A DNA stretch of 64,000 bases, taken from assembly GCA_040753075.1 (NCBI GenBank), contig JBFMHA010000007.1, forward strand, positions 18,472-82,471, written 5' to 3'. This stretch comes from Thermodesulfobacteriota bacterium (GTDB lineage Bacteria > Desulfobacterota > Desulfovibrionia > Desulfovibrionales > Desulfovibrionaceae). This document shows, piece after piece, positions 29,527 through 38,882 of the stretch. The position numbers and the translations under genes are program-made. Every line of letters starts with the position of its first letter. The stretch's first letter is position 1. Below the pieces are notes generated by a model. That model searched no databases. It was not told where the DNA came from and worked only from the letters and a program-made list of their open reading frames with translations.

Positions 29527-30612
29527 ATGAAGAAGGCGCTCATCACCGGAATCACCGGCCAGGACGGCGCGTACCTGGCCTCGCTCCTGCTGTCCAAGGG
29601 CTACGAGGTGCACGGCATCAAGCGCCGCTCCTCCTCGTTCAACACCGCCCGGGTGGACCATCTCTACCGCGATCCGCACGAGTCCGGGGTCACGTTCTTC
29701 ATGCACTACGGCGACCTCACGGACTCCACCAACCTCATCCGGATCATGGCCAAGGTGCGGCCGGACGAGATCTACAACCTGGCGGCCCAGAGCCACGTGG
29801 CGGTGTCCTTCGAGAGTCCGGAGTACACGGCCAACGCCGACGCCCTGGGCTCCCTGCGCATCCTGGAGGCCATGCGCATCCTGGGCATGGAGAAGACCGC
29901 CCGGTTCTACCAGGCCTCCACCAGCGAGATGTACGGCAAGGTGCGGGAGACCCCCCAGACCGAGACCACCCCGTTCTACCCGCGCAGCCCCTACGCCGCA
30001 GCCAAGGTGTACGCTTACTGGATCACGGTGAACTACCGCGAGGCGTACGGCATGTACGCCTGCAACGGGATCCTCTTCAACCACGAGAGCCCGGTGCGGG
30101 GCGAAACCTTCGTGACCCGCAAGGTCACCCGGGCCGTGGCCCGCATCAAGCTGGGCCTGCAGGACTGCCTGTACCTGGGCAACCTGGACGCCAAGCGGGA
30201 CTGGGGCCACGCCAAGGACTACGTGAAGGCCATGTGGCTCATGCTCCAGCAGGAGGAGCCCGAGGACTTCGTCATCGCCACTGGCGAGACCCATTCGGTG
30301 CGGGAGTTCGTCGAGCGGGCCTTCGCCTGCGTGGACGTCCGCCTCGCGTGGGAGGGCGAGGGCGTGGACGAGGTCGGCCGGGACACGGCCACGGGCAAGG
30401 TCCTGGTGAAGATCGACCCGCGCTATTTCCGGCCCACCGAGGTGGATTTCCTGCTGGGAGACGCCGCCAAGGCCAGGGAGAAGCTGGGCTGGGAGCCCAA
30501 GATCCGGTTCGGCGACCTGGTGACGGGCATGGTGGCCGCGGACCTCACGGAGGCCGAACGCGACCAGCTCTGCCGCTCCCAGGGCTTCGCCACCTTCAAC
30601 AACTACGAGTAG
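29527..30612 (+). CDS. gmd: GDP-mannose 4,6-dehydratase
   Basis: 361 aa. [40 protein letters not shown]..., with [10 protein letters not shown] and NHESPVRG motifs along the full length. Confidence 0.93.
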   Translation: MKKALITGITGQDGAYLASLLLSKGYEVHGIKRRSSSFNTARVDHLYRDPHESGVTFFMHYGDLTDSTNLIRIMAKVRPDEIYNLAAQSHVAVSFESPEYTANADALGSLRILEAMRILGMEKTARFYQASTSEMYGKVRETPQTETTPFYPRSPYAAAKVYAYWITVNYREAYGMYACNGILFNHESPVRGETFVTRKVTRAVARIKLGLQDCLYLGNLDAKRDWGHAKDYVKAMWLMLQQEEPEDFVIATGETHSVREFVERAFACVDVRLAWEGEGVDEVGRDTATGKVLVKIDPRYFRPTEVDFLLGDAAKAREKLGWEPKIRFGDLVTGMVAADLTEAERDQLCRSQGFATFNNYE

Positions 30613-31256
30613 CGGGTCCGCGCCCCCCGCACCGCGGCCAGCAGGGACGAGGCCGCGTCGCGCGGGGAGTCCGCGGCGCAGATGGCCGAGACCACGGCCA
30701 CGCCGCGGGCCCCGGCCCGGACGACCTCGCCCGCGTTGGCCGGCCCGATGCCGCCGATGCCCACCAGCACGTGCCGCGACCAGGCGGCCAGGTCCGCCAG
30801 GCCGGCCAGGCCCCAGGCCGGGCCGGCGTCGGTCTTGGTGGGGGTGGCGAACACCGGGCTCACGCCCAGATAGTCCACGTCCAGGGCCTCGGCCTCCCGG
30901 GCCTGGTCCGGGGTCTCCACGGACAGGCCGATGAGGGCGTCGGGCCCCAGGATGGCCCGGGCCGCGGCATAGGGCAGATCGGACTGGCCCAGGTGCGCGC
31001 CGTCGGCGCCCGCGGCCAGGGCCACATCCACCCGGTCGTTGACGAGCAGGGGCACTCCCCGGGGAGCGAGCCGGGCCTTGATGGCCCGGGCCAGGTCCAG
31101 GAACTCCCGGGTGTCGGCCAGCTTTTCCCGCAGCTGCACCACCCCTGCGCCGCCGGCCACTGCCGCCTCCACCACGTCCAGAAGCTCCCGGCCGCGGGCC
31201 AGGCCCCGGTCCGTGACCAGGTACACCGCGGGGTCGAAGACCGGCCGGGCCATCAC
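30603..31256 (-). CDS. thiE: Thiamine-phosphate synthase
   Basis: 217 aa. Contains [25 protein letters not shown] and [11 protein letters not shown]. The start overlaps the thiM stop (GTGATG). The 3' end overlaps gmd by 10 nt. Confidence 0.88.
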   Translation of the reverse strand: MMARPVFDPAVYLVTDRGLARGRELLDVVEAAVAGGAGVVQLREKLADTREFLDLARAIKARLAPRGVPLLVNDRVDVALAAGADGAHLGQSDLPYAAARAILGPDALIGLSVETPDQAREAEALDVDYLGVSPVFATPTKTDAGPAWGLAGLADLAAWSRHVLVGIGGIGPANAGEVVRAGARGVAVVSAICAADSPRDAASSLLAAVRGARTRYS

Positions 31257-32050
31257 GCCGCCTTGAGCCGGGCGTCCAGGTCCCGGGCGCCCATGCGGTG
31301 CAGGGCGTCGCGGAAGGCCGCCTCGAAGGAGCCCGGGCCCGCGGCCGTGTCCGCGGCCATCTCCGCCGCCACCTTCATCACCCCCATGCCGGCCAGGGCG
31401 GCGTCCATGGGCGTGTCGGCCACGGCCAGGAACGCGCCCACGATGGCGGTGGCGGCGCAGCCCATGCCCGTGACCTGGGGGGTCAGGGGGCTGCCCCCGG
31501 ACAGGCGCAGGTCGCGCTCCCCGTCGGTGAGGAAGTCCACGGCCCCGCTGGCCACGGCTACGCAGCCGTAGGTGCGGGCCAGGGTGCGGGCGGCCTCTTC
31601 CGCGGCGTCGCTTCCGTGCACGCTGTCCACGCCCTTGGTGGCCCCGGCGGCTCCGGCCAGGGCCATGATCTCCGAGGCGTTGCCCCGGATCACCGCGGGC
31701 CTGCCCACGTTGGCCAGGGCCAGGGAGGTGGCGGTGCGCAGCCTGGATGCCCCCGCGCCCACCGGGTCCAGGGCCACGGGCAGGCCGCGCTCCGCGGCCA
31801 GGCGGGCGGCCAGGCGCATGCCCGCGATCCAGTGCGGGGACAAGGTGCCGATGTTGAGCACCAGGGCGCCGGCCAGGCCGAGGAGCTCCTCCAGCTCCTC
31901 CTCGGCGTGGGCCATGATGGGCGAGGCGCCCAGGCTGAGCAGGGCGTTGGCCGTGGAGTTCATGACCACGAAGTTGGTGATGTTGTGCACCAGGGGGCGG
32001 CGCTGGCGCAGGGCGTCGAGCAGGGCGTGGACGGTGGCGGCGTGGGACAT
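31253..32050 (-). CDS. thiM: Hydroxyethylthiazole kinase
   Basis: 265 aa. Contains PLVHNITNFVVMNSTANALLSLGASPIMAH, then VIRGNASEI and TGMGC motifs. Confidence 0.88.
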   Translation of the reverse strand: MSHAATVHALLDALRQRRPLVHNITNFVVMNSTANALLSLGASPIMAHAEEELEELLGLAGALVLNIGTLSPHWIAGMRLAARLAAERGLPVALDPVGAGASRLRTATSLALANVGRPAVIRGNASEIMALAGAAGATKGVDSVHGSDAAEEAARTLARTYGCVAVASGAVDFLTDGERDLRLSGGSPLTPQVTGMGCAATAIVGAFLAVADTPMDAALAGMGVMKVAAEMAADTAAGPGSFEAAFRDALHRMGARDLDARLKAA

Positions 32051-32104
32051 GGGAACCTCCTGGAAAAGAGTGATCGGATTATCGGGCCGGGGGCAAGGGG
32101 TCGC

Positions 32105-33298
32105 TCAGCGGGGCGCGTCTCCCGGGGGCAGGCGCAGGAGGCGCAGGAGCCAGAGCCCGGCGAGCAGGGCCAGGCCCAGCGCCGAGAAGCCCAGGTCGAA
32201 GCGGCCGTGATCCCCGGCCCAGCCGAGCAGGAAGGGAGCCAGGCCGTTGCCCGCCAGTGCGGCCATCGGAACGATGAGGGAGATGGCCACGTTGCGGATG
32301 CGCTCCGGGAAGAGGCGCGCCGCCGCAGTGAGCCCGGCCGGGAAGAAGAGCGCCGACAGGGCGGGCTGGAGCAGCACCGCGGCCTTGAGCGCGCCCCCTT
32401 CGGCCAGGCCGATGCCCAGGGTCATGGCCCCGGTGAAGGCCAGGGAGGCCGCGGCCACCCGCAACGCGCCGACCCGGTCCACCAGGAGGCCCGCGGCCAG
32501 GACCAGGAAGGGCCCGGCCAGGCGGGATGCGGCGAGCAGTGCGTTGGTTTCGGCCAGGGGCAGGCCGCGCACCTCGTGCAGGTACAGGGGGAGCATGGCG
32601 AAGGGGCCGAAGGATGCGCCCACGATGAGGGAGAGCAGGCCGGTGATGGCCCAGAAGCCAGGGAAGGTCAGCACCTCGCGCAGGACCGCGGGACGGGGGG
32701 ATTCGCCCGGGGCGGGCTCGGGCCCGGGCAGCCTGGCCGCGGCCCAGGCCATGCCCAGGGCGGCCGCGGCCAGGACGGTCAGGAACGCGCGCCACGACGC
32801 GGCCCCGGCCGCGGCGGCCAGGGCCGGGGCCAGGATGAAGGAGAGGGTGGGTCCCAGTTCGTGGATGGCGATGCCCTTGCCCCAGTGGCGGGGGTGCAGG
32901 GTCGCGGTGATGAGGGCCATGCCCGAGGGGAAGTAGAGCCCTGCCGCCGCGCCCAGGCCGGCCAGGGCCAGGCTGAGGGATTCGAAGCCGGGAGCGGCGG
33001 CCGCGGCCAGGAGGGAGAGCGCCAGGCCGGCGGAGGAGAGGACGATGGTGCGGCGGTGGCCCAGGCGCTTGGCCGCGAACCCGGACAGGGCCAGGGTCAG
33101 GGAGAAGGCCGCAGACAGGGGCAGGAACAGCCCGCCGGCCGCGGCGTGGGAGATGCCGTACTCGGCCTCCAGCGCGGGCAGGTAGGGGGCCAGCCCGATG
33201 CGCGCCAGGAAATTGCAGAGGAAGGCCCCGGTGCAGAGCAGCACCACCGGCAGGGCGGCGCGGAAGGTCTGGGGCGGATGGGGCGGGGCGGCGGACAT
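32105..33298 (-). CDS. MFS transporter (substrate unknown)
   Basis: 397 aa from ATG 33298 (MSAAPPHPPQTF). About 12 hydrophobic helices. Ends 55 nt upstream of thiM on the same strand. Confidence 0.8.
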   Translation of the reverse strand: MSAAPPHPPQTFRAALPVVLLCTGAFLCNFLARIGLAPYLPALEAEYGISHAAAGGLFLPLSAAFSLTLALSGFAAKRLGHRRTIVLSSAGLALSLLAAAAAPGFESLSLALAGLGAAAGLYFPSGMALITATLHPRHWGKGIAIHELGPTLSFILAPALAAAAGAASWRAFLTVLAAAALGMAWAAARLPGPEPAPGESPRPAVLREVLTFPGFWAITGLLSLIVGASFGPFAMLPLYLHEVRGLPLAETNALLAASRLAGPFLVLAAGLLVDRVGALRVAAASLAFTGAMTLGIGLAEGGALKAAVLLQPALSALFFPAGLTAAARLFPERIRNVAISLIVPMAALAGNGLAPFLLGWAGDHGRFDLGFSALGLALLAGLWLLRLLRLPPGDAPR

Positions 33299-33756
33299 GA
33301 AAGCGTATCCTGACGGTACGTGGTGTCGCCTGCTCATGCCAGCCGGAGCGCATCGGGGCAAGAGGAATCTGGGGCCGGGCCGCGCCCGTGGGCGAAGAGA
33401 ATATCAGTGCTTGAACAGCTCATCGTTTTTAGGTAGAAATCGCTATGCAATGCCACGTAGTTTTCTTCCGGGTCAATTTTGGGAGGTATTCATAGTATTC
33501 TCGGGATGTTAATCAGCTTCTTTCGGTCTTCTGGCCGCGTTGAACAACTGAAGGCCGAAGAGGGCCCCTGAAGCCGCCGAGAGGCCTCCGGCCGCGTCAC
33601 GGATCGGGTCCGCAGCGATTCTTCAGGGAATTGTGCAGTGGTTTCGGAATATTCCTGAAGCGAACTCCCAATTCCTTTTGTTCCTGGGTGTGGGCAGATA
33701 TAGGCCATATCAGGGGCGGTATTCGGTTGCGCTGCCCATAGGTATGTTCCGCGCCA

Positions 33757-33772
33757 GCGCCCCGCGGGGCGC
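33757..33772. repeat. Perfect 16-nt palindrome GCGCCCCGCGGGGCGC
   Basis: Self-complementary over all 16 nt, ending 18 nt upstream of the ATG at 33791. Function unknown. Confidence 0.9.
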
Positions 33773-33790
33773 AGGGCAGGGAGACGTCCA

Positions 33791-34000
33791 ATGCCGGAGA
33801 TACTCAGCCATGTGTATGACGAGGCAGCGGAGCGCCTGGAGGTGAGCTTCCACCACCCGACGGCGGGGAAGGTCGTGCGGGTCTATCGGGAGTTCGGAAG
33901 GGAGTTGTACGAGGCGTGGCGGCTGGGAGGGACCCTGGCCGAAACCTTGTTCCTCTCCTTCATGGACGATCACGACGAGGAGCATCTGCTCCACCTATGA
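33791..34000 (+). CDS. KTSC-domain-like small protein
   Basis: 69 aa. LSHVYDEAAERLEVSFHHPTAGKVVRVYREFGRELYEAW fits the KTSC pattern (I..V.YD.....LEV.F..G..Y.Y..V). GGGAG lies 7 nt upstream. It sits in a lower-GC islet. Confidence 0.55.
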   Translation: MPEILSHVYDEAAERLEVSFHHPTAGKVVRVYREFGRELYEAWRLGGTLAETLFLSFMDDHDEEHLLHL

Positions 34001-34155
34001 GCCTGTCCGACGAATGGGAAAACGTAGCAATTTATCGACAATGCGCAAGAATTTTTCGCTCGCATTTGCCCCAGGATCGTTTTTCGCGAGGCTTCGCGGG
34101 ATGGATCGCGTCTCTGAAAATGACGGATTTTGATTCACGGGACAGGCTCCTATGA
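33997..34155 (+). CDS. Hypothetical 52-aa ORF translationally coupled to the KTSC gene
   Basis: ATGA start/stop overlap at 33997-34000. The sequence MSLSDEWENVAIYRQCARIFRSHL... matches no recognisable family. Coding status is uncertain. Confidence 0.3.
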   Translation: MSLSDEWENVAIYRQCARIFRSHLPQDRFSRGFAGWIASLKMTDFDSRDRLL

Positions 34156-34176
34156 CCGGCGGTTTTCCGCGCCGTC

Positions 34177-35340
34177 TCAGAACACCACGAAGTCCTTCTG
34201 GGCCTGCGTGACCTTGCCCAGGTAGCGCCGGGTTTCGGCGTAGGGCAGGCGGGCGGCCAGGATGCCGTAGACCTGGTCCGGCCGCAGGCCGTTGACCTGG
34301 GAGAAGGCCGCGTCGCGGTCCCTGGCGAAGGTGCGCAGCACGTTGCCCGGACCGGTGTTGTAGGCCGCGATCTGGCAGTACTGCCGGGCCGTGGGGTCCG
34401 CCACCCGGGCCAGGTGCCGGGCGTCCAGCAGGTGCAGGTAGGCCGAGCCGTAGGTGATGCTGTTCGCCGGGTCCAGCAGGAAGGCGGGAGTGGGCGGCTC
34501 CTGGTCGCCGTCCAGGAACCCGCGCACCTCGGCCCCGGCGCTGGAGGGGACCACCTGCATGAGGCCGAAGGCCCCGGCGCTGCTCACCGCGTAGGGGTTG
34601 AAGCTGCTCTCGGTGCGCATGACCGCGTAGACCAGGCTCCTACTCACCCCGAAGCGGTCGGCCGCGGCCTCCACCAGGGGGCGGTACTTGGCCGCGCGCA
34701 CGGGCAGGTGGTCCGGGACCAGGGGGAAGGCCACGAAGGACACGGTGCGGCCGTCGGCCTGCCGGGTGCGCAGGGTTTCGGCCACCAGCCGGGCGGCGAA
34801 GGCGTCGGCCTGGTCCTGGCCGATGATGTCCCGGCCCTCGAAGTCCTTGACCTCGCCCCGCAGGAAGGGCTCGCCCGAGGCCGGGACCGGTGCGTCGGAG
34901 TAGAGGTCCACGGCCCGGGGGTCCAGGGGGGTGAGCACGGTGGAGGCCACGGCCCGGCGCAGGCTGGCGGCGGGGTCCGCGGCGTCCACGGTCTCCACCG
35001 TGACCAGGCCGGCGTCGAAGTCCACCAGGGCGCGGCTCTTGTAGCCCGAGACGTATTTCACGTACTCCTTGGGCGAGGGCTCGCGGGTTTCGCCCTTGCC
35101 CCAGACCTTGCCCGCCGCGTTGCGCAGGGCGTCCACCGCCTTCTTGAAGCGTTTGAGATCGGCCTCCAGGGCCGCGGGGTTCGCGGCGTAGCGCGCGGCC
35201 TTCTCCGCAGCCATGCGCCCGGCCGCGGCCGCGTCCCCCGTGGCCGCGATCCGCGCCGCGCGCAGGGCGTCGGACGCCGAGCAGGCGGCCAGGACCAGGG
35301 ACAAAACCAGGGCGAGCAGGCGGGCGGGGCGACGGAACAT
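34177..35340 (-). CDS. Membrane-bound lytic murein transglycosylase, MltC-like lipoprotein
   Basis: 387 aa from ATG 35340. Lipobox LVLAAC and SLT catalytic motif TESSFNPYAVSSAGAFGLMQVVPSSAG, preceded by an MltC-type N-terminal domain. Confidence 0.85.
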   Translation of the reverse strand: MFRRPARLLALVLSLVLAACSASDALRAARIAATGDAAAAGRMAAEKAARYAANPAALEADLKRFKKAVDALRNAAGKVWGKGETREPSPKEYVKYVSGYKSRALVDFDAGLVTVETVDAADPAASLRRAVASTVLTPLDPRAVDLYSDAPVPASGEPFLRGEVKDFEGRDIIGQDQADAFAARLVAETLRTRQADGRTVSFVAFPLVPDHLPVRAAKYRPLVEAAADRFGVSRSLVYAVMRTESSFNPYAVSSAGAFGLMQVVPSSAGAEVRGFLDGDQEPPTPAFLLDPANSITYGSAYLHLLDARHLARVADPTARQYCQIAAYNTGPGNVLRTFARDRDAAFSQVNGLRPDQVYGILAARLPYAETRRYLGKVTQAQKDFVVF

Positions 35341-35480
35341 GGAGCCTGGGTAGCAGAAAACCTCCCGGAGGGGAAACCGGGCTGGGGCGGCGGGATGACG
35401 CACCCTTCGCTAGCCGCCGGCGGCAGACGGGGCGGTCCGCCGCCCTGCCGCCCCTTGTGCAAATCCGCGGGGTGGGCCAT

Positions 35481-36437
35481 ATGTTGGTCATGAGCGCGCA
35501 ACGCACCGTGGCCGGGTTCCTGCTGGGGGGGAGCATCGTGGCCTTCGGCCTGGGGTCGCTGGGTCTGAGCCTGCGGCTGGAGCCCTTCGTCTCCTGGTTC
35601 TACCTCTTCGCCTGGTGGCCCTACATCCTGGGCGCGGAGGCCGCGCTCCTGCTCCTGGGCGGCTATTCCACGCTCTTCGAGGAGCCCCGGCGCTTCCTGG
35701 TGCTGCTCCCCCTGTCGGTGTCCGTGTGGCTCGCGTTCGAACTGTACAACTTCCGCCTGGACAACTGGCAGTACCTGAACCTGCCGGCCGACACCGGGCT
35801 GCGCTGGGCCGGCTATTTCCTGTCCTTCGCCACGGTGCTGCCAGGCCTGTCCGTGACCCGGCGGCTCCTGGAGTTCTGGGGGGTGTTCGACCGGGCAGCC
35901 AGCACGCCCTGGCCCCGGGTGCGCCGGCTCTACGGCTGGCTCACCCACCTGGGACTGGCCTGCCTGGCGCTGCCCGTGCTGTTCCCGCGGTACTGCTTCC
36001 CCCTGGTCTGGGCCGGCCCGGTCCTGCTCCTGGAGCCGGTGCTGCACGCCCGGGGGGCGCGCTCCCTCCTGGGCGGGCTGGCCCTGGGCCGGCCGCGCCT
36101 GCTCTGGCGGACGCTGCTGGCGGGCGGGATCTGCGGACTGCTCTGGGAGTGCTGGAACTCCTGGGCCCGGGCCAAGTGGGTGTACACCGTGCCCTGGGTG
36201 GGCGAGTTCCTGAAGGTCTTCGAGATGCCCCTGCTCGGCTACCTGGGCTTTTTGCCCTTCGCCCTGTCCTGCTTCGCGATCACCGAGGCTTTCTTCCTGT
36301 TCCTGGGGCGCCTGCGGCTGCTGCCCGCGGCCCGGCGGCGGCTGGCCTGGCTCCTGCTCGGGGTGGCCGCGGCCTGCTTCGACGCCGCGGTGCTCCTGGG
36401 CATGGACCTGTGGACCGTGGTTTCGTTCAGCCGGTAG
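35481..36437 (+). CDS. Hypothetical polytopic membrane protein
   Basis: About 318 aa with roughly 8 hydrophobic helices, rich in Trp and Leu (WFYLFAWWPYILGAE). Start is uncertain (ATG 35481 or 35490, GTG 35457). No family recognised. Confidence 0.6.
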   Translation: MLVMSAQRTVAGFLLGGSIVAFGLGSLGLSLRLEPFVSWFYLFAWWPYILGAEAALLLLGGYSTLFEEPRRFLVLLPLSVSVWLAFELYNFRLDNWQYLNLPADTGLRWAGYFLSFATVLPGLSVTRRLLEFWGVFDRAASTPWPRVRRLYGWLTHLGLACLALPVLFPRYCFPLVWAGPVLLLEPVLHARGARSLLGGLALGRPRLLWRTLLAGGICGLLWECWNSWARAKWVYTVPWVGEFLKVFEMPLLGYLGFLPFALSCFAITEAFFLFLGRLRLLPAARRRLAWLLLGVAAACFDAAVLLGMDLWTVVSFSR

Positions 36438-36521
36438 CGAGGCGTCCGCAACCTCCCATGATGCCGCCGCGCCGGGGCGGTCGGTCCCCCCAGCATCATG
36501 CGGGGGCTGCGCGGGGCTGCG

Positions 36522-38309
36522 CTAGACGGCCTTCATGTGCGGCGGCCGCGTGGGCGTGGGCTCGCCGGGCTTGAAGACGGAGCCCACCGCGAAGCCGATC
36601 TCCCCGGCCAGCTTGCGGTCCACGCCCAGGAGGATGGTCTCCAGGTAGACCATGAAGGTGATGGCCTTCTCGTACTGCTTGAACAGGTAGTGCAGGGTGT
36701 AGGCCACGTTCTTGGCGTCCTTGCAGGTCTCGAAGCTGCTCATCTCGAAGTTGGCCGGGGAGGCCAGGTGGGCGAGCTGCTTGGTCTTGAACTCGGTCTC
36801 GATCTTGTGGATCTTGTGCAGGTACCAGTAGATCTTCTGGGCCACCCGCTCGGACCGGGACATGACGTCCTTGTCCTTCTTGTTGAACTCCTCCAGGGCG
36901 CGGTGGGCCTCGTCCTGGCTGGCGGTCTGGGCGGAGAGCAGGTTGAAGGCCCGGTCCTTCTTCTTGAGCACCGCGCGCTTGATGAGCCGCTTCTTCACCG
37001 AATCCTTGACCTCGCTCACGGTGAGGTTCAGGACCTCGCCCACCCCGGCGCTGGCGAACTCCGCGCCCACGGTGGCCCCGGTGACGGAGCCGGTCTGCTC
37101 CAGGGCCATGCCCATGAAGGTCTTGCCCCCCTCCACGTCCTGGATGGAGCCCTCCAGCGGGACCATGACCTCGGTGAGCTTGCCCAGGCCGGTGTCCACG
37201 ATCTTGGACACCAGGGGGTTGTCCATGTAGCGCTCCACGTCGGATTCGTCCTTGGCCGGCTTGACCTTGTCCAGGGCGTATTCCTTGGCCATCTCCTTCA
37301 AGCTCTTGTCCTGCTCGGGCGGCTGCCCCACGGTCTGGGCCGAGGTCACGTTCTGGATCAGGGTGTCGGTGCCGCCCAGCTTGTTCCAGGCGGTGAGCCG
37401 CTGCGCGTAGAACTGCATAACCGTGTTGGGGTCCACCTTGGAGGAGATCTGCAGCCCGGGAGTGCGCAACATGCGCAGGTAGTAGTTGCGCATCCGGTCA
37501 TTGAACTCCTGCTCCGGCATGGTATAGCAGTCCTTGCCGCACTTCATGTGGTTGCCGGTGTAGTGGACCTGTCGGACCACGTGGGCGAAGATGAGGTCTG
37601 CGTAGTCGATGTAGCGGTCGCGCTCCTTGATGACAGCGTCCAGGGTGATGTTGATGAAGTTGCCCAGCATCTGGGAGTAGTAGTTGAGCTCCAGGAGCCG
37701 TTCGTTGAGCTCGCGGTCCTTGGCCCAGGACTGGCTCGATCCCCTGAGGCCCGGGAACTGCTCGGCGGGCTTCATGTCCGACTTGAAGGCCGAGCTGATG
37801 GCGGTCTTCATGTGCCGGAACTTGTTCCAGCGGCCCTTGTGCCCGCCCTTGAGCATGGCGTGGCGGCGTCCGACCCGGTCCAGCTTGCGCTGGATCTTCA
37901 TCACCGCGGGCTCGATGAGGGAGGGCTCGGTGATCTTGTCGTCGCCGGAGGGATCGTATTCGATGCCCTTGCGCAGCTTGTAGGTCTTGTACTGGTACTT
38001 GGCCTCGCCCAGGCCCTTGGCCACCGCGAAGCCCACCACCACGCCGATGACCGGGCCGATGCCGAAGGTCACCGCGGCGCTGGACACGCCGGCGGCGATG
38101 ATGGCCGCCGCGGCCAGAGTCTTGCCCACGCCCACGCCCACGTTGACCACCGTGGTCACCACCTTCTCCTTGAAGTCCGTGGTGAACAGGTAGCCCTGCA
38201 CCGAGGGCCCGATCTTGTAGTTGGACATGGCCTTGGTCTTGGCGTCCTCGATGAGCCTCATGGCCCGGTCTTGGAAGTTCGGGTCCAGGTCGGCGACCGG
38301 CTGGGGCAT
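36522..38309 (-). CDS. Hypothetical 595-aa protein with N-proximal Gly/Ala-rich membrane hairpin and large K/E/N/Y-rich soluble region
   Basis: ATG at 38309 (MPQPVADLD). Hydrophobic segment VVTTVVNVGVGVGKTLAAAAIIAAGVSSAAVTFGIGPVIGVVVGFAVAKGLG. The remainder is helical-looking and Lys/Asn/Tyr-rich, unlike its neighbours. GC3-rich codons argue for real coding. Confidence 0.7.
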   Translation of the reverse strand: MPQPVADLDPNFQDRAMRLIEDAKTKAMSNYKIGPSVQGYLFTTDFKEKVVTTVVNVGVGVGKTLAAAAIIAAGVSSAAVTFGIGPVIGVVVGFAVAKGLGEAKYQYKTYKLRKGIEYDPSGDDKITEPSLIEPAVMKIQRKLDRVGRRHAMLKGGHKGRWNKFRHMKTAISSAFKSDMKPAEQFPGLRGSSQSWAKDRELNERLLELNYYSQMLGNFINITLDAVIKERDRYIDYADLIFAHVVRQVHYTGNHMKCGKDCYTMPEQEFNDRMRNYYLRMLRTPGLQISSKVDPNTVMQFYAQRLTAWNKLGGTDTLIQNVTSAQTVGQPPEQDKSLKEMAKEYALDKVKPAKDESDVERYMDNPLVSKIVDTGLGKLTEVMVPLEGSIQDVEGGKTFMGMALEQTGSVTGATVGAEFASAGVGEVLNLTVSEVKDSVKKRLIKRAVLKKKDRAFNLLSAQTASQDEAHRALEEFNKKDKDVMSRSERVAQKIYWYLHKIHKIETEFKTKQLAHLASPANFEMSSFETCKDAKNVAYTLHYLFKQYEKAITFMVYLETILLGVDRKLAGEIGFAVGSVFKPGEPTPTRPPHMKAV

Positions 38310-38420
38310 GGCGGTGGCTCCGGTTGAAGTGGCGGGCGGGGGAGTCAGAGGGAATCGTACAAGAGTATGGGAGAAATTGGAAGATAATGCAAACTGCGGC
38401 CGGGTGCGCCGCAAGGTCGC

Positions 38421-38852
38421 TCAACAGGAGTCGTCAGGGGCCGCAGCGCCTTCGCGGTAGCGGCGGCAGAGGAAGCGGATCACGTTCTTGGCCAGCTCCA
38501 CGTGGCCGGACATGAGGTCGTAGAGGGCCTCGTGGTCCAGCCGCAGGAGCAGTACGTCCTCCAGCGCCGTGACCGTGGCCGAGCGCAGCTCCGGATCCAG
38601 GGCGGCCAGTTCTCCGAAGACCTCGCGCGGGCCGAGCACGGCCAGCTCCCGGTCCCGGTCGTGCACCCGGACCCGTCCCGCGGCCACCACGTACATGCTC
38701 GAGCCGTAGTCGCCCTTGGCGAACACGTCCTCGCCGGCCGGGATCTCCACCTCCTCGAAGGACGCGGACAGTTCGGCCAGGACGTGGCCGGCCAGCTCGG
38801 CGAAGATGTTGACGCCGGAGAGGAGCAGGACGCGTTCCACGGTGAGCAGCAT
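38421..38852 (-). CDS. Stand-alone cyclic-nucleotide-binding (cNMP) domain protein
   Basis: 143 aa. Contains LLLSGVNIFAEL, FAKGDYGSSMYVVAAGRVRV and FGELAALDPELRSATVTAL (the phosphate-binding-cassette region). Starts 30 nt downstream of the HEAT-fusion stop. Confidence 0.85.
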   Translation of the reverse strand: MLLTVERVLLLSGVNIFAELAGHVLAELSASFEEVEIPAGEDVFAKGDYGSSMYVVAAGRVRVHDRDRELAVLGPREVFGELAALDPELRSATVTALEDVLLLRLDHEALYDLMSGHVELAKNVIRFLCRRYREGAAAPDDSC

Positions 38853-38882
38853 GCGCAGGCGACCTCGCGGGGTTTCCGGTGA

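Noticed and set aside
33299-33560. Search for a TPP (THI-box) riboswitch upstream of the MFS-thiM-thiE unit.
   Set aside because: Reading the minus strand, I found no CUGAGA / ACCUGAUCUGGAUAAUGCCAGCG-like core, only loose fragments such as CCGAGAAUAC. It needs an Infernal scan to be certain.
38118-38138. Walker-A-like string GVGVGKT in the 595-aa unknown protein.
   Set aside because: The first position is Val rather than Gly or Ala at the required spacing. The motif is also buried in a 50-residue hydrophobic Gly/Ala stretch, which is more consistent with a TM glycine zipper than a P-loop.
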